A stretch of 64,000 nt of DNA, from assembly GCA_030390025.1 (NCBI GenBank), contig CM059425.1, positions 163,372,001 to 163,436,000 of the forward strand, read 5' to 3'. The notes under the pieces were generated by a model. That model was not told the origin of the DNA, ran no database searches, and worked only from the letters and a program-made list of their open reading frames with translations. Made by a program: the position numbers and the translations under genes. Of this stretch, positions 36,181 to 48,400 are shown in pieces. Within the stretch, counting starts at the first letter, position 1. Each line of letters starts with the position of its first letter. The DNA comes from Squalus acanthias. Its lineage: Eukaryota.

Positions 36181-37155
36181 TTTCAAATAAAGCTGTTGGA
36201 CTATAACCTGGTGTTGTGCGACTTCTCACAATAGTTCTACCTATGTCATTGGTTCCTACATGGACCACAACAACTGGATCCTCCCCCTCCCAAGTTGTTC
36301 TCCAGCCATGAGGAGATATCCTTAACCCTGGCACTGGGCAGGCAACGCAGTCTTCGGATCTCCCGGTCGCAGCTGCAGAGAACAGTATTGGCAAATGAAG
36401 TTCATCACAGATAAATGTGAGGTATTACATTTTGGTAGGAAGAATAGGGAGGTCACTTATTACTTGGAGGGTGCGAGTCTAGGTGGGATAGAGGAACAAA
36501 GGGATCTCGGAGTACAAATACACAAATCACTAAAAGTTGCAACACAGGTTAGCAAGGCCATAAAAAAAAGCAAACCAAGCACTAGGGTTTATTTCTAGAG
36601 GGATAGAATTGAAAAGTAGGGAAGTTATGCTAAACCTGTATCGAACCTTGGTTAGACCACAATTAGAGTACTGCGTACAGTTCTGGTCACCATATTATAA
36701 AAAGTATATAGAAACACTGGAGAGGGTGCAGAGAAGATTTACAAGGATGATACCAGAAATGCGAGGGTGTACATATCAGGAAAGGATGAACAGACTGGGT
36801 CTCTTTTCTCTTGAAAAAAGAAGGTTGAGGGGTGACCTAATAGAGGTCTTTAAAATTATGAAAGGATTTGATAGAGTGGATACAGAGAGAATGTTTCCAC
36901 TTGTGGGGAAGAGCATAACTAGAGGGCACCAATATAAGATAGTCACCAAGAAATCCAATAGGGAATTCAGAAGAAACTTCTTTACCCAGAGAGTGGTGAA
37001 AATGTGGAACTCGCTACCACAGGGAGTGGTTGAAGCGAAAAGTATAGATGCATTTAAGGGGAGGCTAGACAAACATATGAGGGAGAAGGGAATAGAGGGT
37101 TATACAGATAGATTTAGATAAGGAAAGACGGGAGGAGGCTCGAGTGGAGCATAAA

Positions 37156-40100
37156 CATAGAAGATAGGAGCAGGAGTAGGCCATTCGGCCCCTCGAGCCT
37201 GCTCCGCCATTCGATGAGATCATGGCTGATCATCCAAACTCAGTACCCTGTACCTGCCTTCTCCCCATATACCTTGATACCTTTAGCTTTAAGAAATATA
37301 TCTAACTCATTCTTGAATATATTTAATGACTTGGCCTCAACTACCTTCTGTGGTAGAGAATTCCACAGGTTCACCACTATCTGGGTGAAGAAATTCTTCC
37401 TCATTTCTGTCCTAAATGGCTTACCCGTTATCCTTAGATTATGACCCCTGGTTCTGGACTCTCCGACCATCGGGAACATTCTTCCTGCATCTAGTTTGTC
37501 CAGACCTGTCAGAATTTTATATGTTTCGATGAGATCTCCTCTCGTTTTTCTATACTCCAGCGAGTATAAGCCCAATCGACCCAATCTCTCCTCATATGTC
37601 ATTCCTGCCATCCCAGGTATCAGCCTTGTGAATCTTCGCTGAACTCCTTCCATGGCAAGAACATCCTTCCTCAGATAAGGCGACCAAACCTGCACATAGT
37701 ACACAAGGTGTGGTCTCACCAAGGCCCTGTACAACTGCAGCAGGACATCCCTGTTCCTATACTCAAACCCTTTCGCTATGAAGGCCAACATACCATTTGC
37801 CTTCTTCACCGCCTGCTGCACCTGCATGCTTACTTTCAGCGACTGGTGCACAAGGACACCCAGGTCTCGTTGCACTTCCCCTTCTCCCAATCTATTGCCA
37901 TTCAGATAATAGTCTGCCTTTCTGTTTTTGACACCAAAGTGGATAACCTCGCACTTATCCACGTTATATTGCATCTGCCACGCTTCTGCCCACTCACCCA
38001 ACCTGTCCAAATCATCCTGGAGTTTCTCGGTATCCTCCTCGCAGCACACACTCCCACCCAGCTTTGTGTCATCTGCAAACTTGGAGATATTACATTTAGT
38101 TCCCTTATCTAGATCATTAATGTATATTGTGAATAGCTGGGTCCAAGGACCAATCCCTGCGGTACCCCACTAGTCACTGCTTGCCACTCGGAAAAAGACC
38201 CATTAATTCCTACTCTCTGCTTTCTGTCCGCCAACCAGTTCTCTATCCAAGTCAATACCTTGCCCCCAATCCCATGTGTCTTAACTTTACACGCTAATCT
38301 CTTATGCGGGACCTTATCGAAAGCCTTTTGAAAGTCCAAATACACCACATCTACTGGTTCTCCTTTATCTATTTTCCCAGTTACATCCTCAAAAAATTCC
38401 AGTAGATTAGTCAAGCACGATTTACCTTTTGTAAATCCATGTTGACTTTGTCCGATCCTGTCACTGTTTTTCAAGTGCTCAGCTATTACATCCTTTATAA
38501 TGGACTCTAGCATTTTCCCCACTACCGATGTCAGGCTTACCGGTCTGTAATTCCCCGCTTTCTCTCTACCACCCTTTTTGAATAGTGGGGTAACATTAGC
38601 TACCCTCCAATCCATGGGTACAGTTCCAGATTCCATCGAATGTTGGAAGATGGTCAGCAATGCATCTACTATTTCTAGGGCCACTTCCTTAAGTACCCTA
38701 GGATGTAGATTATCAGGCCCTGGGGATTTATCGGCCTTCAATCCGTCAATTTCCCTAACACCATTTCCCTGCAAATACTGATTTCTTTCAGTTCCTCCCT
38801 TTCATCAGACCATATGTTCTCCAACATCTCTGGGAGGTTATTTGTGTCCTCCTTTGTGAAGACAGAACCAAAATATGCATTTAATTGGTCTGCCATTTCT
38901 TTGTTCCCCATTATAACTTCCCCCGCTTCTGACTGCAAGGGACCTACACTTGATTTCACTAATCTTTTTCTCTTCACATATCTATAAAAGCTCTTACAGT
39001 CAGTTTTTATGTTCCCAGCAAGCTTACTTTCATATTCTATTTTCCCCTTCTTAATTAATCCCTTTGTCCTCCTTTGTTGAATCCTAAACTGCTCCCAATC
39101 CTCAGGGCTACCGCTTTTTCTGGCCAATTTATATGCCCTCTCCTTGGATCTTATGCTATCCCTAATTTCCCTTGTTAGCCACGGTTGAGCCACCCTTTTT
39201 GTTTTATTCTTATGCCACACTGGGATGAACAAATTCTGTAGTTCATCCATGCAGTCTTTGAATGTTTGCCATTGCCTATCCACCGTCAACCCCTTGAGTG
39301 ACATTCCCCAATCAATCCTACCCAATTCGCGCCTCATACCATCGTAGTTTCCTTTATTTAAATTCAGGACCCTAGTCTCTGATTCAACTACTTCACTCTC
39401 CATCCTAATGAAGAATTCTATCATATTATGATCACTCTGACCCAAGGGGCCTCGTACAACAAGATTGCTAATTAATCCTTTCTCGTTACATAATACCCAG
39501 TCTAAGATGGCCTGATCTCTGGTTGGTTCCTCGACATATTGTTCCAGAAAACCATCTCGTAAACATTCTAGGAATTCCTCCTCCACAGTATTGTTACTAA
39601 TTTGGTTAGCCCAATCTATATGTAAATTAAAGTCACCCATGATGACTGCTGTGCCCTTACTGCATGCTTCTCTAATTTCCCTTTTAATGCCGTCCCCAAC
39701 CTCCGTATTACTGTTTGGAGGTCTATATACCACTCCCACTAACGTTTTCTGCCCCTTGTTATTTCTCAGTTCTACCCATACAGATTCCGCATCATCAGAG
39801 CTAATATCCTTCCTTTCAATTGTGTTAATCCCCTCTTTAACCAGCAATGCTACCCCACCTCCCTTTCTTTTTTGCCTATCTTTCCTAAACATTGAATAAC
39901 CCTGGATGTTGAGTTCCCAGCCTTGGTCACCCTGGAGCCATGTTTCTGTAATCCCAATCAAATCGTATTCATTTACCTCTATTTGCGCAGCTAATTCATC
40001 CACCTTGTTCCGAATGCTCCTTGCATTAAGACACAAAGCCTTCAGGCTTGTTTTTTTAACGCTCTCAGACCTATATGAATTATTATTTACTGTGACCATG

Positions 40101-41671
40101 TTTGATTTAAACCGTTGAGTTCTTTGCCTTCTACTTTTGTTTTTCTCCTTCCTGTCTTTAGCTTTTATCCTTGTTTCCCTTTCCTCTGTCTCCCTGCTCA
40201 GGTTCCCAACCCCCTGCCACTTTAGTTTAAACCCTCCCCAACAGCACTAGCAAACACTCCCCCTAGGACATTGGTCCCGGCCCTGCCCAGGTGCAGACCG
40301 TCCCGTTTGTACTGGTCCCACCTCCCCTAGAACCGGTTCCAATGTCCAAGGAATTTGAATCCCTCCCCCTTGCACCATTCCTCTAGCCACGTATTCATTT
40401 GAAATATCCTCCTATTTCTACTCTGACTAGCACGTGGCACTGGTAGCAATTCTGAGATTACTACCTTTGAGGTCCTATTTTTTAATTTACCTCCTAACTC
40501 CCTATATTCTGCTTTTAGGACCTCATCCCGTTTTTTACCTATATCGTTAATGCCTATGTGCACCACGACAACTGGCTGTTCGCCCTGCCCCTCCAAAATG
40601 TTCTGTAGCCGCTCCGAGACGTTCTTGACCCTTGCACCAGGGAGGCAACACACCATCCTGGAGTCTCGTTTGCGGCCGCAGAAACGCCTATCTATTCCCC
40701 TTACAATTGAATCCCCTATCACTATAGCTCTTCCACACTTTTTCCTCCCAGCCTGTGCAGCAGAGCCACCCATGGTGCCAGGAAGTTGGCTGCTGCCGCC
40801 TTCCCCTGATAAGTCATCCCCCCCAACAGCATCCAAAGTGGTATATCTGTTTGAGAGGGGGATGGCCACAGGGGACCCCTGCACTACCTGCCTGCACCTC
40901 TTACTCTGCCTGGTGGTCACCCATTCACTTCCTGCCTGTACACCCTTTACCTGCGGTGTGACCAACTCGCTAAACGTGTTATCCACGACGTTCTCAGCGT
41001 CGCGAATGCTCCAATATGCATCCATCCGCAGCTCCAGCGCCGCAATGCGGTCCGTCAGTAGCTGCAGCTGGATACATTTCCCATACACATGGTCGTCAGG
41101 GATACAGGAAGCATCCCTGATTTCCCACATATAGCAGGAGGAGCATATCACGGCGCCGAGCTCTCCTGCCATGACTTACCCTTTAATTAATTAATTAAAA
41201 TTAAACTAATTGAATCCCACCAATTTCACTTCAATTAAATGATATACTCAAGGGCCCTTGCTTAACAGCAGTCCCCGCTACACCACAGAGACTCTAGAAA
41301 CTATAAACCACAGAATTTAAGTATGGAAAAAAGGAGAAAAAGAGAAATACTCACCAACCAATCACTTACCTGCTTTCTGGTGACGTCACACTTTGATTAT
41401 TTTTTACTTCTCTCTCCCCCGCTCTCAGGGCTCAGATTGGTAAGCCTACCTGGTCGCCACCGCTTCTTTTATGGCCGCCGCCTCGCCGCTGCCGCTCCAC
41501 CCAGGTCCGCCGCCTTTGTGGGCCTACCTGTTCGCCGCCGCCTTTTCTCAGCTCCGCCTCGCCGCAGCCGCTCCACCCAGGTCCGCCGCCTCTGTGGGCC
41601 TACCTGGTCACTGCCGCCTCTTTTATGGCCGCTGCCTCACTGCTGCCGCTCCACCCCGGTCCGCCGCCTCT
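37156..41671 (-). mobile_element. Full-length CR1 (copy C), lightly mutated
   Basis: ORF1 41172-40222 with one TGG>TAG stop at 40327. ORF2 is in three frames (38738-40231, 38109-38774, 37240-38140). Both UTRs are present. Confidence 0.92.
41444..41671. repeat. ~3 copies of a 76-78-bp GC-rich unit at the 5' end of CR1 copy C
   Basis: GCCTACCTG at 41444, 41522 and 41598, each followed by ...CCGCTCCACCC(A/C)GGTCCGCCGCCT. Confidence 0.85.
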
Positions 41672-42070
41672 ATCGGCATGGACTGGTTGGGTTGAATGGC
41701 CTGTTTCTGTGCCATATATCCTATTTAATCCTATGTATCTATCCCCCTGACTATACTGTCCCCTACCCCTACAACATTCCTTTTCACTCCCCCCACTTGA
41801 ATGGCCTCCTGTAACACGGTGCTGTGGTCAGTTTGCTCATCCACCCTGCAGACTTTGCCCTCATTCACACAGGCAGCAAGAACCTTGCACCTGTTGGATA
41901 AGGGCAAAGGCTGCTGCTCCTCCAGCACTGCACCTGGGGCCCCCTTACCTGCCTGAGTCACAGTCACACCCTCCTGTCCCTGATCACTAACCAGAGCTGT
42001 ACCACTACCTAACCTAAGGGGTGTGACTGTCTCCTGGATCAAAGCGTCCAGGTAACTCTCCCCTTCTCGG

Positions 42071-42530
42071 TGCCAGCTGTGGCTCAGTTGGTAGCACACG
42101 CACCTCTGAGTCAGAAGGTTGTGGGTTCAAATCCCACTCCAGGGACTTGAACACATAAAGCTAGGCTAATACTCCAGTGCAGTGCTGAGGGAGTGCTGCA
42201 CTGTCGGAGGTGCCGTCTTTCAGATGAGACGTTAAACCTCGTCTGCTCTCTCAGGTGGATGTAAAAGACCCCATGGCACTATTTTGAAGAAGAGCAGGGG
42301 AGTTATCCCTGGTGTCCTGGCCAATATTTATCCCTCAACCAACATAACAAAAACAGATTATCTGGTCATTATCACATTGCTGTTTGTGGGACCTTGCTGT
42401 GCGCACATTGGCTGCCCTGTTTCCCACATTACAACAGTGACTCCACTTCAAAAGTACTTCATTGGCTGTAAAGCACTTTGAGACGTCCGGTGGTCGTGAA
42501 AGGCGCTATATAAATGCAAGTCTTTCTTTC
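42071..42530 (+). mobile_element. tRNA-derived SINE (SacSINE1/DeuSINE-like)
   Basis: A-box TGGCTCAGTTGG, B-box GGTTCAAATCC, a central body, and an L2-like tail GCGCTATATAAATGCAAG + (TCTT)n. Family name from recall. Confidence 0.8.
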
Positions 42531-42898
42531 CCTGATGCCCCGTAACGTCTCCACCTCAGACTCCAGCTCAACAGCTTTGAGCTGAAGTTCCTTAAGATGC
42601 AGACACTTACTGCAGGTGTGGTCATCCGAGATTGCGATGCTCTCCACAAACTCCCACATGCTGTAGTTGCGGCACACCTCTGCACTGCCATCCCTATATA
42701 ACCTTGTTTTATTTATTTAATTAATTAGCTTGTAGTTTAGTTTATTAACTAATTACTTGATCTAGTTTAAGTTATAGGTAGATTAAATTAAATATTTACC
42801 TGTAACACAAACCACTACATGTATTGGAGGCAAAAAACAGCAGCTCACTCCCACTCGCTCTGAATTCACATCTTTTACACTCTGTTTAGGATGCACTC

Positions 42899-43037
42899 CA
42901 ATGTTCCCCCTAATTGTTTTTTGGGTGTGTGGCCCCTTTAAGGGTCTGCACAATCTATTCATAATTTTGTGCATGCGATAAATTTAACATTGGAAAAGCC
43001 AGTCCCGGGCTGCGCAGGAAGATTAGAAGGAACGCTG
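42899..43037. mobile_element. hAT-type MITE (same TIR family as 32076-32249)
   Basis: TIRs CAATGTTCCCCCTAA / TTAGAAGGAACGCTG; perfect 8-bp TSD ATGCACTC. Confidence 0.85.
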
Positions 43038-43859
43038 ATGCACTCCATTTAAGACCACTCTGTGTCAGCAGATACTGTTTACTTTCATACATCTTTGAGT
43101 CACACTCACATTACAAGTGCTGACTCAGCTCCCTGCTCACAGTAAATAGCTCCTATTCAGGCTAACACTTGCACTGCCACGCAGTTTTTGTTAACTTAAC
43201 TGTTGACTAATTTTAAGTTTATTTTACAGTTTTTAAAGTTCTAAGTTAAATTCAAAATGCATAGTGTTCTTTGGATGCAGCTGGTAGTCAACTGGGTATT
43301 ACTTAATCTATGAAGAGAGATGATAAATTATGTGTACGCAAGCACGCTTATTCATTTTGTGTACTACAATATCATTACATGAACTGTTGTGCACAATTCA
43401 GTATATATGGGCATGTTTTACAAATCAATATATTCTACAAGTCAAAGTTCTTTGTGGTCTACCAAACTCCATCAAGTCAGTTCCATATAGAAGGCCACCA
43501 TGGATTATTCAATAGTTAAAACATCTAAACCATTGAAATGGGAATATATTTATATGGATTTCTGTTGACATATATAAATTGAAATTTCTGATTACTGTTA
43601 CCCATATGAGTATCCAAATTGTAAAAAAGATAGCTGATTCCTGCGAACATCCACACCATCTAATATAATTGTTAAAAATCCCTCAGTTGATTCTGAACAC
43701 TGGTTGGACAGTGGAGTAATTCTGCAAGACTATGCTCCTAATGTAAAACCTCAGTATGGACCATGGGTTGGAGAAAAGGCTACAACGTTATAGGGCTGAT
43801 TCTGCAATCCACACTTCTGTCTAGTGAGTCTGCACACTGAGGACCTCACTTGGTAAAGT

Positions 43860-45252
43860 TCCAGGCCAGTCAGTTTAACCTCGGTAGTGAGGAAGCTTTT
43901 AGAAACGATAATCAGGGACAAAGTTAACAGTCACTTGGACAAGTGTGGGTTAATTAAGGAAAGCCAGCACGGATTTGTTTCAGGCAAATCATGTTTAACT
44001 AACTTGATCGAGTTTTTTGATGAGGTAACAGAGAGGGTTGATGAGGGCAATGCGGTTGACGTGGTGTACATGGACTTCCAAAAGGCATTTGATAAAGTGC
44101 CATATAATAGGCTTGCCAGCAAAGTGGAAGCCCATGGAATAAAAGGGACAGTGGCAGCATGGATATGAAATTGGCTAAGTTACAGGAAACAGAGAGTAGT
44201 GGTGAACGGTTGTTTTTCAGACTGGAGGAAGGTATACAGTGGTGTTCCCCAGGGGTCAGTACTAGGACCACTGCTTTTCTTGATATGTATTAATGACTTG
44301 GACTTGGGTGTACAGGGTAAAATTTCAAAATTTGCAGATGACACCAAACTTGGAAGTATAGTGAACAGTGAGGAGGATAGTGATAAGACTTCAGGAAGAC
44401 ATAAACAGGCTGGTGGAATGGGCGGACACGTGGCAGATGAAATTTAACGCAGAAAATTGTAAAGTGATACATTTTGGTAGGAAGAACGAGGAGAGGCAAT
44501 ATAAACTAAAGGGTACAATCCTAAAGGGGGTGCATGAACAGAGAGACCTGGGGGTGTATGTGCACAAATTGTTGAAGGTGGCAGGGCAGGTTGAAAAAGC
44601 GGTTAAATAAAGCAAACGGGATACTGGGCTTCATAAATAGAGGCATAGAGTGCAAAAGCAAGGAAGTTATGATGAACCTTTATAAAACAGTGGTTCGGCC
44701 TCAACTGGAGTATTGTGTCCAATTCTGGGCACCGCACTTTAGGAAGGATGTGAAAGCCTTAGAGAGGGTGCAGAAAAGATTTACAAGAATGATTCCAGGG
44801 ATGAGGGACTTCAGTTACATGGAAAGACTGGAGAAGCTGGGGTTGTTCTCCTTAGAGCAGAGAAGGTTGACAGGAGATTTGATAGAGGTGTTCAAAATCA
44901 TGAGGGGTCTAGACAGAGTAGATAGAAAGAAACTGTTCCCATTGGCGGAAGGGCCGAGAACCAGAGGACACAGAGTTAAGGTGATTGGCAAACGAACCAA
45001 AGGCGACATAAGGAAAATCATTTTTACACAGCGAGTGGTTAGGATCTGGAATGCACTGCCTGAAAGGGTGTTGGAGGCAGGCTCAATCGTGGCTTTCAAA
45101 AGGAAATTAGATAAGTACCTGAAGGAAAAAATTTGTAGGGCTACGGGGAAAGGGCGGGAGAGTGGGACTAGCTGAAGTGCTCTTGCAGAGAGCCGGCACG
45201 GGCTCGACGGGCCGAATGGCCTCCTTCTGTGCTGTAACCATTCTATGATTTA
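43860..45252 (+). mobile_element. 5'-truncated CR1 (RT to 3' tail), frameshifted
   Basis: SQHGFVSGKSCLTNL, GVPQGSVLGP, FADDTK, RPQLEYCVQFW; ATTCTATG tail. Confidence 0.88.
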
Positions 45253-46124
45253 CTCTATAATTTTACACTCAAGTTTCAACTGTCCCTGCCAAAGCCATCA
45301 CCCATTGCTAGTTTTCTGATGTGTGAGGTTCTTGTAACTGTGGACAACCATGGTTAGTCCTTTTATCGTTCATGGGACCCCATCATACATATAGACCCAC
45401 CTTAGCACTAACTTAGTGAAAGATTGTCAAAGAAACAAAGTAAGTGTATAAACTATAAGCTTGGGAGCATCTACTCCGTGTTAATATTGGTGGTGATCTG
45501 TAACCACAATCTAAGGATTCGGTACCTCAGGTGGTCAGCTTGTCTGTGGGTAAAGACAGCAACAGGGAGAGCAAGAGTACACACATTAAAACCAGCTGAT
45601 TAAATTTTTCCACACTGCAGGGAATCATCCTGTTAGTCATCCCACTCCCCAGAACAAGGATATATTGAAATAAATGATATTACCTGGTGTGGCTGATAGC
45701 AGACTCCCTGATGTTGCCACCTCGCACAACCCTTCCTATTGGATTCACCGGAGCAAACCACAGTTTCAACTTACTCAGAAGCTGTAGTACAAACTGTTCC
45801 ATAAATCAGAACTCTTAAATCCAGAAATATTGATGTTGCTCTTCTTCAGTGATAGCCTTTTAGAAGGTAGGCAACCTCTAAATTCAGACGAACATACAAC
45901 TGTATAACAGAGAGTGAGGTTCAACTGGTGTGACTTGGCATAATAAATCTCGGAGTGGGTAGTGGCATGTTATTCAGGGAATCCTGCTTTCCCAATGTTT
46001 TGACCAAGTTAGCGCTTCTGCTGCACATCCCAGCCCTGCTGCCATCCTTGGCATGGAATTTCCATGGTCTCACAGCTCATGAAATGCCTATAGATTTCCT
46101 ACAGCATTTATTTGTCTTGTACTT

Positions 46125-46570
46125 ATCCTTATAGCCTTCAATCTTGTTCCTAACTAGTTATTTATTCTAGTCTTTGTAAAATGTTTTAATTCACCATTAT
46201 TTAGTACTTTATCTGAGAACCTATTGCACATATCCACTATTTTGTCCATTCTTCTCAACATTTTGAATACCTGGATAGCGAGAATGCCTCCTCTCTATCT
46301 TCTTTTCTCTAATGAAAACAAATTTAGTACTGTAAGTTTCTTTCTATATCTCAGAACTCTAAGATGCGGAATCATTTTTGTTGCTCTTCCATGAATCTAT
46401 CATACTTTGAAGGTAGAAAGTTCAAAACTGCACACAGTATTTCAAACGTGGCCTTAACAATGATCTAGATAAGGTTAGAATAAATTATTTTTACTTATAA
46501 TTTAATGCAGTTGAGATGCATCATGGTACATGATTAGTTTCATTGGTAACAGCTTGTTATTAGTTGAGTT
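46125..46570 (-). mobile_element. Ancient CR1-like 3' remnant
   Basis: AAAACTGCACACAGTATTTCAAACGTGGCCT reads RPRLKYCVQF on the minus strand; the rest is heavily decayed. Confidence 0.55.
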
Positions 46571-48104
46571 AAGCATTAAAAAGAATAGCATATACTGTAG
46601 CATTTGTCACAAGGCAGAAATAGAATGAAGCATAAATTGTTTTCTAAGTTGAAAAGAGCTTGACTTCAAAACTAGCTCAACTCTGAACTTGATGTTGAAA
46701 ACAGGCATCAATATTAAAGTTTAACCAGCACAACAATTCAACAACTGCATCACAATATTAAATAGTTTATACAATAAACAGATTAAGCAATATCCTCACA
46801 ACAGTCCTACTGGCAAACAACAGAAAGCTCAGCTTGAGTTACAGAAAGAAATACTCGGAATTGCTTATCTACCAACAATGTGTACTAGGCACCGAAGATG
46901 AAGAACTGCCTAGAAGTCGGTGAGCCATGGGTTTTGTAAGGATGGTCAATACTTTCCTTGTAATCAAGCCATGAAAGTTGTTCAAGGCATTTTGAAAAAA
47001 ATAACATTCTGAGGCAACATGGATGGGGGTGGAGATAAATCTGGTTGCGTGTTGAGAACATGATGTAAATGCTAAATATAGAACATAGTACTACTACCAT
47101 ATCGGCATTCTGTCATGACAGTTTAACATCCCTCCTTCTTGCTCATGATAGGCCATCCATAAAACAGCACCAGTATTCTGTTATGTTTTATGAGATCATT
47201 TTAAAATTTCTCCAGATTGTTGTAATGACCGTTATTTAATTATTTAAGTGATGTGTCATTGGCTATCACTGATAAAATGGATGTTGCACTTTCTTTTGTT
47301 CGGCTTTCAGATTTCTACATTAGATAAGTTACTTCAATTTTTGTCAGTTTTACCCCTCCTCCTTTGCTGTTTCAAATTGATCTTTGCTTTAAAGTTTTGT
47401 CTTCCCTCTGTTTATTTGTCTATCTTTCTTGGCAGACTGTCTTGAAAATGCATTGTTAGGATTATACTCTTGTGTTAAAACTGCATCTCTGAAGAATTTT
47501 CTTCAGTTTTCCTAAAACTTCTCTTGTACCTCCGTATCCCTGGTGGTTGATTAAAGCATTCACAGTTATAGGAATGTGGGAACTCAGCTGTCCAGTAACA
47601 ACAGCAATAGATGTACTGAGGAAAATGGCGATGAATATTCATCTTCTTTGAAACACTTTTTAAAAAAAACTTTGGCCTCAATGAGGGTATTCTGCAAACA
47701 TTTTCACAATTCCTTTCCAAGGTAAATAAAGATTTTTTTCCCCCATTATGATAGTCAAGAACTATACATATCTGAAGTAATTAGCTGTAGCTAGTACGGT
47801 AGAATATGTGGCACCTGCATTTCAGGTTAATTCTGACACATGCCTTCCTTCAATTTGCGGCAGTTTAAAAGTGATACCTTCGAGGGTTCTTTTGTTTCTG
47901 GGGAGAAAGTATCGCTAAGCAACAGCAGCGACATCACAGTGAAAATTCCATTTGATCTCAGTGCATTTGAATAAATATTTGTTTGGTGATGTCATCAGAT
48001 AGGCTTACTGCATTATGGTGATTGCATCACCCTCAATTTGTAATGATATGCATTTAACATTGTCATACTACCATGTTTTGTTATAATTTCTGTTGTTGGC
48101 TCTC

Positions 48105-48400
48105 CCAATGGCTCAGTGAGCTTATCCTGTGTGTAACTGAGCCATGTGGTCCAGGAAGGTCTCAGGTTCCGTCAGCAGTCTGTACTAATTAATTTATCTC
48201 AGCTGGGACAGTCTTAGGAGCAATACATTGGCTTCAGGGTTAGGGAGGGGTTCTTGTTTCTGATAGCAATCCAGCAACTGTACTTAGACATCAGGCTCAG
48301 CCCTGATGCTGTCCACTGTCGAATAGGTGAGGACATTCATTGTCGCGACTTACCCTCATTGTCACTGAGGATTCTCTAATGTCTTAGCCAAGTGACCATT
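48105..48400 (+). mobile_element. Degenerate tRNA-headed SINE
   Basis: A-box-like TGGCTCAGTGAG and B-box-like CAGGTTCCGTC. Family not identified. Confidence 0.4.

Larger units (their letters stand above)
34547..36231 (-). mobile_element. 5'-truncated Penelope-like retroelement with inverted pseudo-LTR
   Basis: ~660-bp inverted arms (34583-35246 / 35567-36230), GIY-YIG coding sequence, and a TSD TAGTTCTACCTATG (34533-34546, 36232-36245). Confidence 0.92.
36389..41734 (+). mobile_element. 5'-truncated CR1 (36389-37155 and 41672-41734) hosting copy C in its 3' UTR
   Basis: WQMKFITDKCEVLHFG...FFTQRVVKMWN. The 3' UTR GAGTGGAGCATAAAC continues as GGCATGGACTGGTTGGG at 41676. Confidence 0.8.
30958..42860 (-). 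mobile_element. Old full-length CR1 (copy D) in pieces: 30958-34546, 36232-36388, 41735-42070, 42530-42860
   Basis: Decayed RT and APE at 31000-34050. ORF1 pieces rejoin across the inserts (VGDSIVRGID|TVLCSCDR; HVGTNDI|GRTRNEVLQREFEELG), with a zinc-finger start near 42690. Confidence 0.82.

Noticed and set aside
42076..42145. tRNA gene
   Set aside because: The A/B boxes continue into a SINE body and LINE-like tail, and I could not build a convincing cloverleaf.
45684..45880. Possible additional minus-strand host exon (TTTAG|AGGTTGCC... and CCAG|GTAAT)
   Set aside because: The frames I read contain stops and show no CPT2 similarity beyond a chance RLP.
46885..47720. Short ORFs in unique DNA as CPT2 exon 1
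   Set aside because: No match to the expected PTMHYQxSLPR end with a phase-2 donor. A diverged or non-coding first exon cannot be excluded.
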